Notes under the pieces: model-generated | Databases searched by the model: none | Seen by the model: the letters and a program-made list of their open reading frames with translations, nothing else | Told to the model about the DNA's origin: nothing | Source of the DNA: Candidatus Melainabacteria bacterium 17Bon1m | GTDB taxonomy: Bacteria > Cyanobacteriota > Vampirovibrionia > Obscuribacterales > Obscuribacteraceae | NCBI GenBank assembly: GCA_032128875.1 | Contig: JAVLKG010000001.1 | Coordinates: 857,353 to 921,352, forward strand | DNA length: 64,000 nt | Direction of reading: 5' to 3' | Made by a program: the position numbers and the translations under genes | Part shown: piece by piece, positions 18,606-28,048 of the stretch | Layout: each line of letters opens with the position of its first letter | Numbering within the stretch: position 1 is the stretch's first letter

Positions 18606-20903
18606 TTGGCCACAGAGAAAAACAACGAGCCGGCGGAAGTGGAAGAGCTTGAGGCTGTTCCAAATACCGTCACGTCGCATTCGGGTGACGAGCCTTCCTC
18701 CGCCAACAAGTCTATGAAAGACGAGATGGAAGACACTCTTGTCGGCACGACTGTAGTTGGGCGTTACGAAGTTCAGCAGTGCTTGAGCAAGCAACAATCG
18801 AGTTCGCTTTATAAAGCCAGGCATTTGCTCATGGATAGAGCTGTCGCGATTAGGCTTTTGACAGCGACAGACATCCAGAGTTTGAAGCGTTTTCAGGTTG
18901 AGGCGAAAGTCGCCAGTAGTCTTAATCACCCAAACATCATTACTGTTTTGGACTTTGGTGTTTCTAACGGGCGACCTTATCTGGTCACCGATTATCTCGA
19001 AGGCAAGACGCTTGCGGACTTGCTTAAGCAGCATGGCAAGCTTCCTTACGCTCGAACGCTGGATATCTTTTCTCAAGTTTGCGATGCCGTCACTTATGCA
19101 CACAAGCAAGACTTGCTTATTCGGTGTTTAAAGCCTTCGCAAATTTTTGTCTATGACACGCCAGACTACAAGGATTTTGCCAAGGTCGTCGACTTTGGTA
19201 TTTCGGAGCGCTTTCTGGAAGACGGTGAAGAGGTTCGTAACCTCGCCAATAAGTCTGTCCTCAACGGTGACCCTCATTATCTAAGTCCCGAGTCTGTGCT
19301 GTCCGTAAAACTCGATGCTAAAAGCGATGTGTTTACCATTGGTTGTCTGATGTACGAAACGCTTGTCGGCCGACCTCCCAACGAAGGGAAGTCGGCTCAC
19401 GAAGTGATGCATCGTCAGTTGACTAAGGTACCACAGGCGGTGCGCGAGGCATCGGGTGGCACTGAAATACCGGAAGCCGTCGAGCGTGTTGTGATGCGCG
19501 CAATCGAGAAAGATCCAGATCAGCGATACCCCTCTATGGAAGCTCTCTGGACTGACATAGAAGTGCTTAAGCATGGAGCCGATCAGTTAAAGCGCAGTCA
19601 GCGAAAGAAGACAAGTTCTACGCAAACTGATCCTGCGGTCACTCGAAGAAGAACTTTACGTGTGCTCGGCCTTTCTATCTCGCTTTTCTTGGGAGTAGTT
19701 CTGGGGTTAGCGATAGAACCGCTTAAAGAGTCACTTTTGCCGGGTCAACAGAAGAAGGGACCGGAGAGAACTTCCTGGCAAGAATTCAATCAAAAGGGCG
19801 AAGAAGCATTTCATCGCGGCGACTACCACGAGGCAGAAGCACTGTTTGGGCAGGCTTTAGCCAAGTCCGGTGGATTCGAGCCAGATGATCCGCGCATTGC
19901 AGAAACACTCAACAATCTGGGAAATCTGTATTTCAACCTTGATCTTTATCCTGAAGCTGAAAACGCAATTAAGCGTGCGCTGGCTATTCGAGAGAAGTCC
20001 GGTGGCGCGAACAATTTGTCCGTTGCAGACAGCTTGAATGATCTGGGGATGATCTATCTGACCGAAGGGAAAATTCCTGAGGCGAAGAAATTCATTCAGC
20101 GTTCGTTATCGATTCGCGAGAAAGCGTTGAAGCCTGATGAAGAAGACATCGCATCAAGCATGCAGGCCATGGCATCCATCTACCACAAAGAAGGCAAGCT
20201 AAAGGACTCTATGGCCGCTCTGAAGCGTGCTTTGTATATTCGAAAACGAGCACTAGGGACACAACATTTGGACGTAGCAACAACGTACAACAGTCTTGGA
20301 ATTCAACATCAGATGGCTGGTGAAAACGCTGAAGCGCGGCAATGCTACGAACATGCCAAGCAAATAATCGAAGAGCTATATGGCGATTCTCACCCGGCTA
20401 TGGCTGATGCGCTCGTGGGCATCGCTACGCTTGATTTTGTCGAGGGAAACACCATCAGGTCTGAGCAGGAATTCAATAAAGCCCTCGAGGTGAGAGAAAC
20501 CGCCCTTGGTGATGAGAGTTTTCGCGTAGCGGAAGTGCTTTCATGTCTTGCGATTTTGAAAGAGCAAACTGGAAATTTGAAGGAAGCGGAAGAGCTTTTG
20601 CGACGCGCGATAGCTATTGATGAGCAAGCTGTTGGTTTTAACAATCCTGAGTCGCTGCGGGTCAATAACAATCTTGTGCGTATCTTGAAAAAACTCGGCA
20701 AGCGTGATGAAGCAAAGCGTCTTGAAAAGAAAATTGTTCAAGGCAAGAAAGCTGCAGCGATGGGACTGACAGGTAAAACCGCGCAGAGTAATAGAAACTT
20801 GCACACTGGAAAAGCTTTGCCGAACGGCAAGAAGTCCCCTGCAAATTCAGACACAGCGAAAGACAAAAAACTGGCTGAAGAAAGCAGTGCTATGGAAGAG
20901 TGA
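18606..20903 (+). CDS. Ser/Thr kinase-like domain + TM + TPR repeats (probable pseudokinase)
   Basis: HPNII, DFG, YLSPE; VAIK reads VAIR and HRDLKP reads IRCLKP; TM LGLSISLFLGVVLGLAI; LNNLG.LY TPRs. Confidence 0.88.
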   Translation: MATEKNNEPAEVEELEAVPNTVTSHSGDEPSSANKSMKDEMEDTLVGTTVVGRYEVQQCLSKQQSSSLYKARHLLMDRAVAIRLLTATDIQSLKRFQVEAKVASSLNHPNIITVLDFGVSNGRPYLVTDYLEGKTLADLLKQHGKLPYARTLDIFSQVCDAVTYAHKQDLLIRCLKPSQIFVYDTPDYKDFAKVVDFGISERFLEDGEEVRNLANKSVLNGDPHYLSPESVLSVKLDAKSDVFTIGCLMYETLVGRPPNEGKSAHEVMHRQLTKVPQAVREASGGTEIPEAVERVVMRAIEKDPDQRYPSMEALWTDIEVLKHGADQLKRSQRKKTSSTQTDPAVTRRRTLRVLGLSISLFLGVVLGLAIEPLKESLLPGQQKKGPERTSWQEFNQKGEEAFHRGDYHEAEALFGQALAKSGGFEPDDPRIAETLNNLGNLYFNLDLYPEAENAIKRALAIREKSGGANNLSVADSLNDLGMIYLTEGKIPEAKKFIQRSLSIREKALKPDEEDIASSMQAMASIYHKEGKLKDSMAALKRALYIRKRALGTQHLDVATTYNSLGIQHQMAGENAEARQCYEHAKQIIEELYGDSHPAMADALVGIATLDFVEGNTIRSEQEFNKALEVRETALGDESFRVAEVLSCLAILKEQTGNLKEAEELLRRAIAIDEQAVGFNNPESLRVNNNLVRILKKLGKRDEAKRLEKKIVQGKKAAAMGLTGKTAQSNRNLHTGKALPNGKKSPANSDTAKDKKLAEESSAMEE

Positions 20904-20962
20904 CGTTTTTATTTCGAACAGATAAAAACTCCACTCTAAGCAGTTAGAACTGCTCAAAGCTG

Positions 20963-21451
20963 TTATTTCGCGTCTTCTCTCACAGTCAGGTTGACGACAA
21001 TTGCATTGCTGGCGGTGACGAGATTTTGCGGCGTGATGAGAATTTCATTGCCCCACTTTCCCGTGCCAACTCCAAGCAAAGGTTCGTCCATAAGAGCTTG
21101 GTCGAGGAAAGTTTTTACTCCTTCCTTCTGCCAGTGAAATGGTGGAATAGAGCCTATTACATAACCTGTGAGCTCAATTACTTTCTCGGGTTTTGCAAGG
21201 GAAATATCGCGTGAACCGAGTGCTTTCTTGAGCAAACCTGAAATCGCATTCTGATCGCCGCCAACCATCACCAGCGAGCATTCCCCTTGTTTTGTTTCAA
21301 AGATCAGCGTCTTTATCATTTGACGCTCGCGAAAACCTAGAGCACGCGCCACATTTGCAGCCCCCTTCTCGGTTGTTTCGGGGAAGCTTCGCATCTCATA
21401 ATCAATGTTTTTTTCGTCGAGAAAAAGATGCGCGGGTAATTTTTCAGTCAT
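20963..21451 (-). CDS. YbaK/EbsC family aminoacyl-tRNA deacylase
   Basis: IKTL catalytic Lys, TGYVIGSIPPF, G.GKWG motifs. Confidence 0.88.
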   Translation of the reverse strand: MTEKLPAHLFLDEKNIDYEMRSFPETTEKGAANVARALGFRERQMIKTLIFETKQGECSLVMVGGDQNAISGLLKKALGSRDISLAKPEKVIELTGYVIGSIPPFHWQKEGVKTFLDQALMDEPLLGVGTGKWGNEILITPQNLVTASNAIVVNLTVREDAK

Positions 21452-21482
21452 TTTCTTTTCCCGGTGCTGATTCGCTGAAGAG

Positions 21483-23471
21483 CTAAACTAATTCGTCAGC
21501 CATTAGTTGTATCACTTCTGCGTCGGAAAGAAGATGTGCTGCACGCCATTTTATGTAATCCGGCATTTTTACCTTCTCGAAAAGCTGTTTAAGTGTCGCA
21601 GCATTTTCAAGTGTCGCCACTAATGCTCGCATACCGTTCTTCTCTTCTTCCGTGAGATCTTTTCGTTTGCTAAAGAGTTTTTCCAGTTGCTCTTCCGGAT
21701 TGACAGAGATAATGCAGTCATCGAGACGCAGCATTCGCTTCGCAACAACCATATGATCTTCAGCCACTGCAGCATCCATCAAACAGCGTTCCAGCGAAAG
21801 TGGAGTCTTTTCCTGAATGATCACTTGTGTTCCGCGCGAGAAGCCGCGCTCTGTAAATTGAAATTTGCCTTCTTTGTACGAAATCAAAAAGTCGACGAGC
21901 GCCTCTCGTCCGGCGAGTTCTCCAAAGGAAACTTCCAGTGGTTTGCCGTCTTGGAAGAGTACTCGCAGTGAAGATTGACCTTCCTGGTTGACCATCAATT
22001 CTCCAGTCTTACTGCTGGACGCCAATGATTGCAAAAGTCCAAAGCCGCCAAGAACTCCCAATTCCCCTTTCATGACCGCTTTTGAGTCGCCCTTTTTATA
22101 ATCGGAAGGCACCTCGCCTGCTGTTTTAACAGAGCCCATGCCGAACTCTCTTTCAGCGAACATGAGCGCCGAGAATGCACTAGCCAGCAGCACGGGCATG
22201 TTGTCGCCTTCTTTCGGATAAGACGCCAGTCCGACACATGGCTTGAGTTTTGCGTCGAGACCTTGTGCTGCCATGTATTGCGGAAAAGAAGATACTATGC
22301 GCTTCGCTACTTCCGTGGCGTTGCCCTGATCTGCCCAGCCAAGCACAACCGCCATGCAGTTCGATGTGTAGCGGACAACGTAATCTGTGTATCGAGAGAG
22401 CTTATTCATCAATAATTCTTCGGTGCGAACTGATGCACTGATTGCTTCTGCGAGCGCTTTGATTTTTCTATCGCGCTGCCCGTGATCCTCACTGTCGCTA
22501 ACTTTGATGCTGACAAGGAGAACCGAGTATGGGTCTTGATTTTTTTCGCCGGAATCAAAAGTAGGGACCAGATGCTCACTCACGAATGAAACCGAAAGCA
22601 ATCCGGTTAGTGGGTCGAGCAAACGAGCATGCGGGTTTACCTCGCCTTTTGGATGTGTATTGTTCGACTTGTTGCCGGTGCGACGACCATCGGACTTTTT
22701 GACGTGAAGCGCAGGAATGCGGTCGCTGGTGAGATCCTGAATTTGCTGATCGATAGTATTGATGCGCAGCAGGCGTCGGTTGTCCAGAATTAGCTCTTTA
22801 ATCCCATTGCACAACTCTTTCAACTCGACTATTTCGTAATCGATGCCGGTAATGTTTTGGTCCAAATTACCAGCTTTGTGACCTTGTATGAGAGCACGAA
22901 GCTTGTAACTGACGCGTTTGAGAGGTAAAGCCAACCAAATGTAACTGCCCATCCATGCGGCTGCGAATGCTCCGAAAATAGCCAGAAAAATCGGCAAAGA
23001 TGAAGAACCACGCGCCAGGCGTTGAACTAAATAGTCATTGCGAAAGCCTGCGTGAAAGGTTCCGAACTGAGTATTGCTTGCCGCATCATAAAAGCGTTCG
23101 CCACCGTACGAATAGATCTTGGACGTTGGATAGAATTTCTTGATTGGCGGCGGAGGCAACGCATTGTCTTTGTCCACCTTTCCAGATGGGCTGGCAAAAA
23201 ATAGCCACACGCAGCCGCGTTTTCTTGCTTCATCTATAAAGTCGAATTGGTTCCAATCCGCTTTTGGATTTTTCTTTGCTGAGATCTCGCGTACAAATTT
23301 GACGGCGTCTTTTGGCAGGACGTAGTCCTGGTAGTATCGGTCAAATCCAATAGCGGTAGCCAGTACAAAAGCTGCAAGGCATCCCATGCGTAAGCCGTAG
23401 GACGCAAGGAATTGCTTGATAACGCTTAGCGGGGTGACGGTGAGTGTGCGACTGGTTCCAGGTTTTGACAC
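21483..23471 (-). CDS. Membrane protein with degenerate GGDEF and C-terminal DUF4388/PATAN-like domain
   Basis: Two TMs; DPLTGLL, VVRYTSNC in place of GGDEF, VGLASYP..G; KGELG..LLQSL...KTGEL.V..F.DGK...G.F.F. Confidence 0.72.
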   Translation of the reverse strand: MSKPGTSRTLTVTPLSVIKQFLASYGLRMGCLAAFVLATAIGFDRYYQDYVLPKDAVKFVREISAKKNPKADWNQFDFIDEARKRGCVWLFFASPSGKVDKDNALPPPPIKKFYPTSKIYSYGGERFYDAASNTQFGTFHAGFRNDYLVQRLARGSSSLPIFLAIFGAFAAAWMGSYIWLALPLKRVSYKLRALIQGHKAGNLDQNITGIDYEIVELKELCNGIKELILDNRRLLRINTIDQQIQDLTSDRIPALHVKKSDGRRTGNKSNNTHPKGEVNPHARLLDPLTGLLSVSFVSEHLVPTFDSGEKNQDPYSVLLVSIKVSDSEDHGQRDRKIKALAEAISASVRTEELLMNKLSRYTDYVVRYTSNCMAVVLGWADQGNATEVAKRIVSSFPQYMAAQGLDAKLKPCVGLASYPKEGDNMPVLLASAFSALMFAEREFGMGSVKTAGEVPSDYKKGDSKAVMKGELGVLGGFGLLQSLASSSKTGELMVNQEGQSSLRVLFQDGKPLEVSFGELAGREALVDFLISYKEGKFQFTERGFSRGTQVIIQEKTPLSLERCLMDAAVAEDHMVVAKRMLRLDDCIISVNPEEQLEKLFSKRKDLTEEEKNGMRALVATLENAATLKQLFEKVKMPDYIKWRAAHLLSDAEVIQLMADELV

Positions 23472-23553
23472 GCTAAGTTATTCCAGGCTTCGCTGTCGAG
23501 TACCGGCTCTAGAAGATCACATATAAATACTTCTGGCTTAACTTACCCGCCAT

Positions 23554-23592
23554 AGAAAAAGGGCAAACTCTTTCAGGATTAGAGTTCGCTCT
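23554..23592 (-). terminator. Intrinsic terminator downstream of proBAC
   Basis: Minus strand AGAGCGAACTCT-loop-AGAGTTTGCCCT followed by TTTTCT. Confidence 0.65.
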
Positions 23593-23655
23593 GTGTACGG
23601 AAGTCGCAGATGCCTCCCTGCGCTGGGCGCCACATGTGACGCCCTTATCAACTTG

Positions 23656-24492
23656 CTATTTCTTCGACTTGGTGTTCTGGGTGTTGACCAATTCGCGTGC
23701 TCGCTCTGCTGCTTTGATAACGGCCTTGATTAGAGTGACTCTCAACTTGCCTTCTTCCAATTCCATGAGTCCGTCAATTGTGCATCCCGCTGGTGTGGTC
23801 ACCATGTCTTTCAGAAGAGCGGGGTGAGCTTTGGAGTCCAAGACCATTTTTGATGAACCGAGCATTGTTTGAGCGGCCAGTAAGGTCGAAACATCCCGAG
23901 GAATTCCCAGCTTTACGCCAGCCTCTGCCAGCGACTCGATGACCACGTAGAGATACGCTGGTCCACTTGCAGACAAGGCTGTCACCCCGTCCATCAGGGA
24001 TTCGTCGACGAAAACTGTTTCGCCAACGCATTTGAAAATTGCCTCAGCCATTTGTTTGTGTTCGTCAGTGGCACCACTGCCGGTGCACATACCAGCCATG
24101 CCAACATTCATTATTGAAGGCGTATTTGGCATGGCACGCACAACGGGAATGCCTTCGGGGAGGCGCTCTTCGACAAAGCCAGTTGTGACTGAGGCGGCCA
24201 CCGAAATAACTAACTGATCCTTTGTGATGACGGACGATATTTCTTTCAACACATTGTCCATGTTCTGCGGTTTGACCGCTAGCAAGATTACATCTTTGCC
24301 CTTTACTGCCTGCTGATTGTCGAGCGTAGCTTCGATGTTTAAGCGTTCTTTGACGCGCTTGAGAGAATCTTCGTGACCTACTGTTCCACAAACATCAGAC
24401 GCGTTAATTGCGTCCTTCTTGAGCAAGCCGGAAATCAGCGCTTCACCAAGCTTGCCGACACCAATGACAGCGAGCTTTTTGTTTTTCAGCAT
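23656..24492 (-). CDS. proC: Pyrroline-5-carboxylate reductase
   Basis: IGVGKLG, LAVKPQ, VRAMPNTP, SGPAY, VTTPAGCT. Confidence 0.96.
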   Translation of the reverse strand: MLKNKKLAVIGVGKLGEALISGLLKKDAINASDVCGTVGHEDSLKRVKERLNIEATLDNQQAVKGKDVILLAVKPQNMDNVLKEISSVITKDQLVISVAASVTTGFVEERLPEGIPVVRAMPNTPSIMNVGMAGMCTGSGATDEHKQMAEAIFKCVGETVFVDESLMDGVTALSASGPAYLYVVIESLAEAGVKLGIPRDVSTLLAAQTMLGSSKMVLDSKAHPALLKDMVTTPAGCTIDGLMELEEGKLRVTLIKAVIKAAERARELVNTQNTKSKK

Positions 24493-24516
24493 TTGTTGTT
24501 TTCCTCTTTACTCAAT

Positions 24517-25842
24517 TTACTTGTCCAGGTCTTTATGCGTGAATTTTCTGGCGTTTTCACCGCAGTAGTCGGCAACAATCTGTCCTTTGCCGACCAATTT
24601 GTATTTGTAGGTAATAATTCCTTCAACGCCAACTGGACCGCGTGGGTGCAGTTTTCCTGTGCTGATGCCTACTTCTGCGCCAAAGCCATAACGAAAACCA
24701 TCAGCAAATCTGGTTGATACGTTGTGGTATACGCCCGCAGAATTCACTTCCGCGAAGAAGCGTTCAAAAGCTTCCGGATTTTCAGTGACGATGCACTCCG
24801 TGTGTCCGGAGCCGAAGGTGTTGATGTGCTCGACTGCCTCGTCAAGCGAGTCCACAACCTTGATAGATAACGTGAGGTCGGAAAACTCAGTTGTCCAGTC
24901 GGTATCATCTGCGGTGTCAACATCTTTTAGATGGAAGGTTTCTATTGCTGATTTTTCGACGCGTACTTTTACAATTTTGTCTTTCAGCGCCTCAATGACT
25001 TTGGGCAAGAAAACAGCCGCAATCTCGCGGTTTACCAATAGTGTTTCGATGGCATTGCAGGCTGCAGGGTATTGGGTCTTACAGTCAACCGCAAGTGTAG
25101 TTGCCATTTCTAAATCCGCCTTTTCATCGACGTACAAATGGCAGACTCCATCCGCGTGCCCCAGCACCGGAATACGAGTGTTTTCTTGAATGTGTCTGAC
25201 CAGTTCGTTTGAACCACGCGGCACAACCAAATCAACTTCTTTGTCCAGTTTCAAAAGATCGGAAACTTCCTCTCTGCCCGACAGAAGAGTAAAAGAACCC
25301 TCCGGATATCCAGCCGACTTCAGTCCTTCAGCCAAGCAGTTGAAGATCTCGCGATTGGAATTTTCCGCTTCCTTGCCGCCTTTGATTAGCCCGGCGTTTC
25401 CGCTCTTTACTAACAACGACATTATTTGAGGCAATGCATCAGGTCTCGATTCAAAAATCACAAGTATGACGCCGATGGGACAGCAGACACGATTGAGCTC
25501 TAGCCCGTCATCTAGCTCTCTCTTTAGGCTCGAGGTGCCGAGAATGTCTTCGATTTGTGCGACTTGCCGAACTCCGTCAATGACACCTTTGAGTTTTTCA
25601 GCGTCCAGTTTTAAGCGTTTCAAATACGAAGAGGGCATCATTCCCTTTTCTACAAGAGCTTCGGCGTTGGCGACGTCAATCTTGTTCGCTTTGAGAATGC
25701 GCGATTCGTTTTTGCCCAACTGCTCCGCCATTGCCATCAAAGCTGCAGCGCGAGTTTCCTTTGACAGTCGTGCCAAGTGGCTTGAAGCAAGGCGCGCTTG
25801 TTTAGCGACTTCCTGAACTTGAGTCAAAACCGATTCTGCCAT
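24517..25842 (-). CDS. proA: Gamma-glutamyl phosphate reductase
   Basis: PIGV..IFESRP, KSGNA..KGGKEA, PRGS, CNAIETLL, STRFADGFRYGFGAEVGISTGKLHPRGPVG; ATG 25842 preferred to GTG 25878. Confidence 0.96.
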   Translation of the reverse strand: MAESVLTQVQEVAKQARLASSHLARLSKETRAAALMAMAEQLGKNESRILKANKIDVANAEALVEKGMMPSSYLKRLKLDAEKLKGVIDGVRQVAQIEDILGTSSLKRELDDGLELNRVCCPIGVILVIFESRPDALPQIMSLLVKSGNAGLIKGGKEAENSNREIFNCLAEGLKSAGYPEGSFTLLSGREEVSDLLKLDKEVDLVVPRGSNELVRHIQENTRIPVLGHADGVCHLYVDEKADLEMATTLAVDCKTQYPAACNAIETLLVNREIAAVFLPKVIEALKDKIVKVRVEKSAIETFHLKDVDTADDTDWTTEFSDLTLSIKVVDSLDEAVEHINTFGSGHTECIVTENPEAFERFFAEVNSAGVYHNVSTRFADGFRYGFGAEVGISTGKLHPRGPVGVEGIITYKYKLVGKGQIVADYCGENARKFTHKDLDK

Positions 25843-25886
25843 TCTTAGCCTTCTTACTTCTCCGCGCCTCTTGTACACGCCTGATT

Positions 25887-27056
25887 TTACGCGGTTTCGA
25901 GCAAAGCGATATTATCACGTGTGACGATCGCGTCATAATTGCGAACGTCGATTTTTGCATCGATGGCGTCAGAGTGCTGCCCAGAGATCTGCTTGGTTTC
26001 GTCGCTGGAGTAGTTGGCGATGCCGCGAGCGAACTCATGCCCCGCTTCGTCAACGATTCCAATAACGTCGCCCCTTTCAAACTGCCCGCGCACCTGTACG
26101 ATGCCCGCCGGCAGGAGGCTTGCTTTGCCATTCTTCAACGCGGTTTTTGCGCCGTCATTGACCACTAATGCTGCTTTCACCGTCGTCGCAAAGGCAATCC
26201 AGCGTTTCTTGCCAGTCATTCCAGGAGTGGGCAGGAAAAGGGTGCCGATTTCCTCCTCAGCAAATAGTCGGGGAATGACATCAGGCACCTTCCCGCCCGC
26301 GATTATCACCGAGCACCCCGACTGGGTTGCCGTCTTGGCTGCTTCAATCTTGGTTTGCATCCCGCCGCGCCCCATTTTTCCTGGTGCCGCCGGCCCCGAT
26401 GCAAGTTTTTCAATGTCCGTGTTTATGCTCGGTACAAGCGGAATCAGCTTCGCATTGTCGCCCTTGCGCGGGTCGTCAGTGTAAAGACCGTCTACATCAG
26501 TCAAGATAATGAGTAAATCAGCTTCTACTTTGCTGGCAACTAACGCCGAAAGCTTGTCGTTGTCACCGAAATTGACTTTGAGGAATTCGAACTCTTTGCC
26601 AGATTCAATCTCTGCAGTAGACACAGTGTCGTTTTCGTTGATGATTGGCAAAACCTTGAGTCTGATCAACTCTCCAATTGTGCTGCGCAGATTGAGATAG
26701 CGGGTGCGATTCGAAAAGTCTTCCTCTGTCAGGAGTATCTGTGCAGTGACGATATCCAGCGCCTGAAAGGCGTCCGAGTACAGTGCCATCAATCGACCTT
26801 GCCCGACCGCTGCACAGGCTTGCTTCATTGGCAGAAGCTTCGGTTTTTTATCGAGTTCAAGCTTCTGAACGCCCAGCCCGACGGCGCCAGACGTCACGAG
26901 CAGTACTTCCTTGCCCTGCTTCATCAGCCCGGCAATGCCTTCAATGAAGGCGTAGAACCGGCTCAGCGCGATTCCCCCCTCCTCTTTCATAAGCACGGCC
27001 GTGCCAAGCTTTATGACAATTCGCTTTGCCCCGGTCAAAACCTCTTTGCGGTCCAT
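25887..27056 (-). CDS. proB: Glutamate 5-kinase with PUA domain
   Basis: IVIKLGT, VTSGAV, AAVGQ, PIINENDTV, GDND.LSA, GGM.TK, SLLPAG. Confidence 0.96.
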   Translation of the reverse strand: MDRKEVLTGAKRIVIKLGTAVLMKEEGGIALSRFYAFIEGIAGLMKQGKEVLLVTSGAVGLGVQKLELDKKPKLLPMKQACAAVGQGRLMALYSDAFQALDIVTAQILLTEEDFSNRTRYLNLRSTIGELIRLKVLPIINENDTVSTAEIESGKEFEFLKVNFGDNDKLSALVASKVEADLLIILTDVDGLYTDDPRKGDNAKLIPLVPSINTDIEKLASGPAAPGKMGRGGMQTKIEAAKTATQSGCSVIIAGGKVPDVIPRLFAEEEIGTLFLPTPGMTGKKRWIAFATTVKAALVVNDGAKTALKNGKASLLPAGIVQVRGQFERGDVIGIVDEAGHEFARGIANYSSDETKQISGQHSDAIDAKIDVRNYDAIVTRDNIALLETA

Positions 27057-27240
27057 CTAGCTTGCCTTTCGCGGTTTCCCGCGCGAAATTCCTCTGCCCT
27101 GTCGAAAGTGTTAGCAGAATTACCATTGATTTTAAACGCATATCGTCATTCAATAAGGTGGATCTCAGGAGGCTGGACTGTATTTCGTGCCGTACACAGG
27201 CCCCGAAAACCTCCCCTAAAAACTCTAGAGGATAAGCAAA

Positions 27241-27588
27241 GTGGTAGAGCGAGATAGGAATGGCAAATATCCGGCGTCCATCCAATTGGGTTCATTAGAA
27301 AACCCCACTGGAGAAAAGGTAAAGAGAATCACGCGCGAACAAGTGCGCACCATGCGGACCCAAGAAATCCAAAAGGTCAAAACGCACTTTACGATTGCGC
27401 AAGTCGCCGTCCGCTGGTGGAAAGAACTGCTCGCATATTTTTCTTACAAACCGAAAGAGAAGCGCGCTCCTCAAAATTGCAAGCTGTACGGACATACGGT
27501 TGTGCGCACACCCGGCGGGTTCGAGCCCCGGTGCCGTTTTTGCGATGCCGTGATTGAAGACGTAGATATGCTTCGCTCGAAGGTGTAG
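27241..27588 (+). CDS. Small hypothetical protein with CxxxGH...CxxC zinc-finger-like motif
   Basis: CKLYGH....CRFC near the C-terminus; start uncertain. Confidence 0.5.
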   Translation: MVERDRNGKYPASIQLGSLENPTGEKVKRITREQVRTMRTQEIQKVKTHFTIAQVAVRWWKELLAYFSYKPKEKRAPQNCKLYGHTVVRTPGGFEPRCRFCDAVIEDVDMLRSKV

Positions 27589-27673
27589 GCTCGAAGTTCA
27601 ATTTCAGCGCTGGAGTTCGAAAGCGAAACTAAGTTCCGAGTGTATATTCGACTCATCAAATTCGTTAGTCGAA

Positions 27674-27865
27674 CTATTTCGAGCTGTCCACCACTGCTTT
27701 CACTGGCGAGTCGAAGGCTGGGTAGAGGCTGACAATTGTGCTTACGACGCTGTCTAGGCTCGCCTGGTCCAGATCTCCAACAGCTTTCAAAAAGGATTCG
27801 GTTGACGAGCGCCGTATCCGGCTGACCTGTTTGCCGATATGGCTGGTCGCTGCATGATTGTCCAT
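27674..27865 (-). CDS. Small hypothetical protein
   Basis: 63-aa ORF with GGAG upstream of ATG 27865. Confidence 0.4.
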   Translation of the reverse strand: MDNHAATSHIGKQVSRIRRSSTESFLKAVGDLDQASLDSVVSTIVSLYPAFDSPVKAVVDSSK

Positions 27866-28048
27866 GTCTTCCGTCTCCTTTTTTAGCATCTGAATTACCG
27901 GGCTAGTAAAGCAATTTAAGAACGTCAAGTTTGGTATCCGACTGACTACGCCACTGTAAGGCGTTTTCGCGCGAAGGTCAGTCCAAACTTCACCAGATCA
28001 TTCCTGGGGTTTTTCCTTGAAAGGCATTTCTGGCTATACTATTTCTCT

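Noticed and set aside
23556-23640. AAGGGCAAAC resembling the start of a c-di-GMP-I riboswitch
   Set aside because: Lacks the GAAA tetraloop and GACGCAAAGC second stem, points toward a gene's 3' end, and is fully explained as the proBAC terminator on the minus strand
20963-27056. Functional link between the YbaK deacylase, proBAC and the Pro-rich proteins
   Set aside because: A terminator and an unrelated gene separate ybaK from proBAC; nothing beyond proximity supports it
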